From Bacteroidales bacterium (GTDB taxonomy: Bacteria > Bacteroidota > Bacteroidia > Bacteroidales > UBA1556), in assembly GCA_027064095.1 (NCBI GenBank), contig JAMOQI010000080.1, positions 13,620-77,619 on the forward strand: DNA of 64,000 nt, in the 5' to 3' direction. Below are positions 59,381 to 64,000 of the stretch, piece by piece. The translations under genes and the position numbers were made by a program. Positions within the stretch are counted from its first letter, which is position 1. Every line of letters begins with the position of its first letter. Below the pieces are notes generated by a model. That model was not told the DNA's origin and searched no databases. It was given only the letters and a program-made list of their open reading frames with translations.

Positions 59381-61048
59381 ATGAGAAAGACCATTTTATT
59401 ATTTAGCTTATTTGCATTGATTGGATTTTCATCATGTAACAATGAAAAAAGTACAACAAAAGCGGAGAAAAGCAAAGAAAAAGACGATGAAACATATACA
59501 TTAGTGGAAGGTACTCCTATTGATATATATGCAAAAGTAAAATTAAGCGCAGACATTAGTCATTTAAGCGCAAGTGAAAAAGAAGTACTAAAACTAATGT
59601 TTCAAGCTGCTGATATAATGGAAGACATTTATTGGCAGGAGGCATACGGAAATAGAGATGCTCTTTTAGCAAAAATCAATAATGAAAATGTAAAATTATT
59701 TACAAAAATAAACTATGGGCCATGGGATAGATTAAATGGCAATAAAGCTTTTTTAAATGGTTTTGGGGAAAAGCCTGCGGGAGCAAATTTCTACCCTACC
59801 GATATAACAAAAGAAGAATTTGAAGCTTTGCAAGAACCAAACAAAAAAAGCTTATATACAGTTTTAAGAAGAGATGAAAACGGAGCATTAAAAGTAGTAT
59901 GGTATCATGAAGCCTTTAAAGAAGAAGTTACAAAAGCCGCAGATTTGTTAAAGCAAGCATCGGAAAAAGCAGAGAACCCTCAGCTTAAGAACTACCTTAG
60001 CTTACGAGCTGAAGCCTTGCTTACTGACAAATACCAGGAAAGTGATATGGCTTGGATGGATATGAAAAACTCTAATATAGACTTTGTTGTTGGGCCTATT
60101 GAAAATTACGAAGACCATTTGTTTGGCTATAAAGCAGCACATGAATCATTTATCCTAATTAAAGACGTAAAATGGAGTGAGAAGCTAAAATATTACGCTC
60201 AGTTTTTACCACAGATGCAAAAAGAATTGCCTGTTGATGCTAAATACAAAGCTGAAACTCCAGGCTCTGATGTTGACCTAAATGCCTATGATGTAGTTTA
60301 TTATGCCGGAGACTGTAATGCAGGAAGCAAAACTATTGCCATAAATCTACCAAATGATGAGGAGGTTCAATTACAAAAAGGATCACGGAAGTTACAACTA
60401 AAGAATGCTATGAGAGCTAAATTTGATAAAATTCTTATTCCTATCTCTAAAATATTGATTGATAAAGAACAACGTTCTCATATACAATTTGATGCTTTTT
60501 TTGCTAATACTATGTTCCATGAAGTATCTCATGGAATGGGAATAAAAAACACCATTACCGGTAATGGAACTTGTCGTACTGCATTAAAAGAACAATATTC
60601 AGCCTTAGAAGAAGGGAAAGCTGATATTTTAGGTCTATATTTAGTTACTAAATTAGCTAATATGGGAGAACTTGGAAAAGTTGACCTTAAAGATAATTAT
60701 GTAACTTTTATGGCAAGTATATTCAGAAGTATAAGATTTGGAGCTGCAAGTGCTCATGGAAAAGCTAATTTAATAAGGTTTAATTACTTCCTTGAAAGAG
60801 GAGCGTTTACAAGATTAGAAGACGGAACATATCATGTAAATATTAAAAAGATGAAGGAAGCAAGTACAGCCTTAACCCAAGATATACTTAAGTTGCAAGG
60901 AGATGGTGATTATGAAGTTGCCAAAGCTTTTGTTGATAAATGGGCAGTAGTTACTCCTAAGTTAAAAGAAGATTTAAAACGTCTTGCAGATGCTAATATT
61001 CCTAAGGATATTTATTATGAGCAAGGGCCTCAAGTATTGGGCTTATAA
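59381..61048 (+). CDS. M49 dipeptidyl-peptidase III-like zinc lipoprotein
   Basis: FSSC lipobox, INYGPWDRL, GANFYP, GPIENYED, NLPND, HEVSH, EEGKAD. Confidence 0.88.
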   Translation: MRKTILLFSLFALIGFSSCNNEKSTTKAEKSKEKDDETYTLVEGTPIDIYAKVKLSADISHLSASEKEVLKLMFQAADIMEDIYWQEAYGNRDALLAKINNENVKLFTKINYGPWDRLNGNKAFLNGFGEKPAGANFYPTDITKEEFEALQEPNKKSLYTVLRRDENGALKVVWYHEAFKEEVTKAADLLKQASEKAENPQLKNYLSLRAEALLTDKYQESDMAWMDMKNSNIDFVVGPIENYEDHLFGYKAAHESFILIKDVKWSEKLKYYAQFLPQMQKELPVDAKYKAETPGSDVDLNAYDVVYYAGDCNAGSKTIAINLPNDEEVQLQKGSRKLQLKNAMRAKFDKILIPISKILIDKEQRSHIQFDAFFANTMFHEVSHGMGIKNTITGNGTCRTALKEQYSALEEGKADILGLYLVTKLANMGELGKVDLKDNYVTFMASIFRSIRFGAASAHGKANLIRFNYFLERGAFTRLEDGTYHVNIKKMKEASTALTQDILKLQGDGDYEVAKAFVDKWAVVTPKLKEDLKRLADANIPKDIYYEQGPQVLGL

Positions 61049-61062
61049 TGTAGAATTTTTAT

Positions 61063-61126
61063 TCACCTAAGCTCGACATAAGCTATTAGCTTAATGTTAT
61101 AAAAATCTTATATCAAACTTTGGTTA
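61063..61126. repeat. Short REP-like palindrome, same family as 2509, 14305 and 47161
   Basis: TCACCTAAGCTCGACATAAG...CTTATATCAAACTTTGGTTA (15/20 inverted match). Confidence 0.65.
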
Positions 61127-61128
61127 TT

Positions 61129-61167
61129 AAAAAAAGAGGGCTGCAAATTTAACTTGCAGCCCTCTTT
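61129..61167. terminator. Intrinsic terminator between convergent genes
   Basis: AAAGAGGGCTGCAA...TTGCAGCCCTCTTT stem with an A-run on the left. Confidence 0.9.
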
Positions 61168-61190
61168 AGTATTATTAACACGAGTTAATA

Positions 61191-62390
61191 TTAATCAGGT
61201 AATTCTTCTAATGTTCTAAACGCAATATAAGCTAAATTTCCCATTCCGCGATAAAGAGCGTCTTCATCAATATCGAAAGTTGCAGTATGAAGATTTGTAA
61301 TATCCTTACCTCTTATTTTGGTTCCTATTCTAAAAAATGAGCTAGGCACTTTATGAGCGTAATAGGCAAAATCTTCTGCAGTCATTCTCATATCCAACTC
61401 TTCTACCTTACGCTGTCCCAGATATTCTTTAGAAAATAGCTTTAAATTCTCTGTTAGTGTAGGGTCATTAACTACAAAAGGATATCCAGGAACTATATTA
61501 ACTTCACAACTTCCACCCATACTTTGTGCAAGTTCTTCAGCTAACTTAGTAATTTTCGCCTTTGCCTTTTCTCTCCACTCTTCATTGAAAGTCCGTAATA
61601 TTCCTGATAACTTTACTTCATCAGGAATTACATTTGTTTGTCCTTCGGCAATAAATCTCCCAAAAGACACTACTGTTGGAACTGTAGGAGGAGCAATTCT
61701 ACTCACAACTTGTTGCATTGTAACCACAATATGACTAGCAATAAGAACCGGATCAATATTCAAATCGGGAGTTGCACCATGACCACCTTTACCTTTAACC
61801 GTTAAATAAATTTCATCAGTAGAAGCCATATACATCCCGGACCTATAACCAACTTTACCTGAATTCATAGTCGGCAGAACATGTTGACCAATTACATGCC
61901 GTACATGAGGATTCTCAAGTACACCAGCCTCTATCATAGCCTTAGCACCACCAGGAAGGACCTCCTCAGATGGCTGAAAAATCAGCTTAATACTACCATC
62001 CAAATCGGCACGAATATCATTCAATATTCTAGCAGCTACAAGCAACATAGCAGAATGAGCATCATGACCACAAGCATGCATTATTCCCTCATTTTTTGAC
62101 TTATAAGGCACTGCGTTTAATTCCGTAATTGGTAAAGCATCCATATCAGCTCTTAATGCGATAACTTTATCTTTTTTCTTTCCTTCAATAAAACCAACAA
62201 CGCCAGTTTTAGCAACATTCTTCTCATAAGGAATACCATATTGCTCTAATTTTGATGCAATAAAATCTGCTGTATGGTGTTCTTGAAAAGCTAGCTCGGG
62301 ATTGGCATGTAAATGCCTTCTAATTGCTACTACTTCGCTATGATATAAACGGCAATGCTGCTCAATTCTTTGTCTTAATATAGATGCCAT
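61191..62390 (-). CDS. M20D amidohydrolase
   Basis: RRHLHANPEL, LRADMDALP, MHACGHD, FQPSEE, GKGGHG, EDF, LH. Confidence 0.93.
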   Translation of the reverse strand: MASILRQRIEQHCRLYHSEVVAIRRHLHANPELAFQEHHTADFIASKLEQYGIPYEKNVAKTGVVGFIEGKKKDKVIALRADMDALPITELNAVPYKSKNEGIMHACGHDAHSAMLLVAARILNDIRADLDGSIKLIFQPSEEVLPGGAKAMIEAGVLENPHVRHVIGQHVLPTMNSGKVGYRSGMYMASTDEIYLTVKGKGGHGATPDLNIDPVLIASHIVVTMQQVVSRIAPPTVPTVVSFGRFIAEGQTNVIPDEVKLSGILRTFNEEWREKAKAKITKLAEELAQSMGGSCEVNIVPGYPFVVNDPTLTENLKLFSKEYLGQRKVEELDMRMTAEDFAYYAHKVPSSFFRIGTKIRGKDITNLHTATFDIDEDALYRGMGNLAYIAFRTLEELPD

Positions 62391-62516
62391 ATTTTCTTAT
62401 AATATTTTATGTTTATAGTCTGTTCTAATCAAAATCAGTAAACCTTTAGGCTTAATCCGAAATACAAATATATCTTAATAACTAATCTCCTAAATTTACA
62501 TTTTACAAATCAAATA

Positions 62517-62891
62517 TTACTTATCAAAAAACATTTTCACTCCTATGAGAATAATAAAAACCGCAAAAGATTTTTTCACCATTGACTGAGAGATACTTAA
62601 AGCCAATTTAGACCCCAAATAGCCACCCACTACAAAGAAAATTGCTAATATCAATGCATATTTCCAATTAATATAACCATCTTTATAGTAGTTAATTGCA
62701 GCTAAAATTCCTATTGGAGGAATCATCATTGCAAGGCTTGTACCTTGAGCTTCGAATTGGCTCATGCCAAGCAGCATAATCAATGCAGGAATAATTATTA
62801 CACCTCCACCTACACCAGCAAAGCCACTCAATATACCAGCAGCCAAACCTATTAATACTAATATTAACACTGTAGTTATACTCATTCTCAT
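62517..62891 (-). CDS. Half-size TauE/SafE (TSUP) family membrane protein
   Basis: AGILSGFAGVGGGVIIIP, AQGTSL. Confidence 0.88.
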   Translation of the reverse strand: MRMSITTVLILVLIGLAAGILSGFAGVGGGVIIIPALIMLLGMSQFEAQGTSLAMMIPPIGILAAINYYKDGYINWKYALILAIFFVVGGYLGSKLALSISQSMVKKSFAVFIILIGVKMFFDK

Positions 62892-63127
62892 ATATTTAAA
62901 ATTTTACAACTTAACTTCGTTTATGCTATTTATTATAAGTTACAAACTTACACACCATTACATTTTGACAAGTGGGTGAAATCATCTAATTAAGGTCAAT
63001 ACTTGCTTTATTAATAATCTATTATTAAAAGAATGATATCAAAAGAATAATAAATACTTATTGTGTAAAACAAATAATACCATTGCTTTTTTACATCACT
63101 CTCGCAAAAACTACGAATAATATATAT

Positions 63128-64000
63128 CTAAAAATCCATTCCCAAAGAAAAATAAAAAACGGATTTTTTATGAACTTCTGAATTTTCTACTCCCCATGCC
63201 CAATCAGCTCTCATATAATAACCGAAAACTTGAGATCTAATCCCAAAACCATATCCAGCTACAAGAGGATCATCTTGATTTATAATTGTAATAAGTATAG
63301 GTTGTCTGTAAACTTCTTTCTTAAATAATGAATTATTATCGGAATAAGGGTTAATTCCCGTCCAGGCAGTACCAACATCTAAGAAACCAACAAACATTAA
63401 ATTATTCCAAAACTGGGACTTAACCGGAGTTTTACTAAAAAACTGAAACGGAGGGAAACGCAACTCTGTATTCCACAATAAAAAGTTGTTGCCATTTCTA
63501 ATATTTTGATAGAAACCACGCATATTAGTCGCCAAAGTTTGGTAAGCAAAAGGCTGTTCTTGATCTACCTGTATATTTGTATTAAACTTTGCATTCATCC
63601 AGTTGTCAACACCACCCATATAATAAATAAGCCTATTACTCCCCATGGAAGTACTTCCGGCAAACCTATTTGCCCACACAAAAGTTTTATAAATTTTGAT
63701 ATATTTTCTAAAGTCAAAACCAAATACAAACATATTTTTATCTAAATATTCTATTGGTTGATAATATTCTCCAAAAATCTTATAACGTGTTCCATACAGA
63801 ATGTTAACGCCTCCTTTTCTAGACTTATCGTAAACATATTCCAATTTCAAAATAACATTATTGAGCATAACATCAGGCTTAATCAATGTTTTTGAATCTG
63901 TTGCTCTAGCAACACCATTGTCATTTCTGAGAGTAATGGTAGTTCTAAAGCCTCTGATATTATCTAAAGGCATTCCTACTTTTACAAAAAACTCATGTAT
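63128..64000 (-). CDS. Omp85/BamA-TamA-like barrel, C-terminal part (gene starts beyond the window)
   Basis: Frame open to the window edge. MRGF loop motif, NTELRFP, FLDVGTAW, GYGFGIRS, RADWAWG, FSLGMDF. Confidence 0.75.
   Translation of the reverse strand: MHEFFVKVGMPLDNIRGFRTTITLRNDNGVARATDSKTLIKPDVMLNNVILKLEYVYDKSRKGGVNILYGTRYKIFGEYYQPIEYLDKNMFVFGFDFRKYIKIYKTFVWANRFAGSTSMGSNRLIYYMGGVDNWMNAKFNTNIQVDQEQPFAYQTLATNMRGFYQNIRNGNNFLLWNTELRFPPFQFFSKTPVKSQFWNNLMFVGFLDVGTAWTGINPYSDNNSLFKKEVYRQPILITIINQDDPLVAGYGFGIRSQVFGYYMRADWAWGVENSEVHKKSVFYFSLGMDF

Noticed and set aside
2462-61126. CRISPR array or integron attC interpretation of the repeats
   Set aside because: Copies are dispersed and degenerate, not regularly spaced, and do not flank cassette-like ORFs. 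No cas or integrase gene is present.
536-63745. Short ORFs of 60-135 aa in the track that overlap longer genes (e.g. 3108-3392, 5374-5781, 19987-20313, 42087-42413, 56020-56313)
   Set aside because: Antisense or off-frame shadows of well-supported CDS with no recognisable motifs.

Overview
AT-rich chromosomal window from a Bacteroidota bacterium, probably Bacteroidales-like. The assignment rests on TAnnTTTG -7 promoter boxes, A-rich starts without Shine-Dalgarno sites, and T9SS genes (porT, a PorV-family gene, CTD cargo). Most of the ~50 CDS are housekeeping or peptide/amino-acid catabolism genes (glsA, mqnE, ubiE, rsmI, fbaA, lpxK, tsaB, gpsA, greA, several peptidases), plus a cobalamin riboswitch heading a btuB-btuG-like pair. 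Three loci stand out. (1) A tight 7-gene minus-strand operon (31593-39043): PqqD/RRE, ATP-grasp ligase, atypical PLP decarboxylase with a RiPP-leader-like YxxP N-terminal extension, urea-transporter/M23 fusion, TPR/beta-barrel protein, TPR protein and lipoprotein, with no visible precursor peptide. This is my best candidate for an undescribed system. (2) An intact archaeal-type gatE-gatD pair in a bacterium. (3) A giant TonB-dependent receptor, a T9SS-like cargo and a dedicated PorV paralogue. Intergenic DNA holds a nested MITE/REP-like repeat family with TAACCT-type ends and two gene remnants (SpoIIE C-terminus, TBDR N-terminus). I saw no tRNA, rRNA, CRISPR array or transposase. All calls come from motif recognition by eye; no searches were run.
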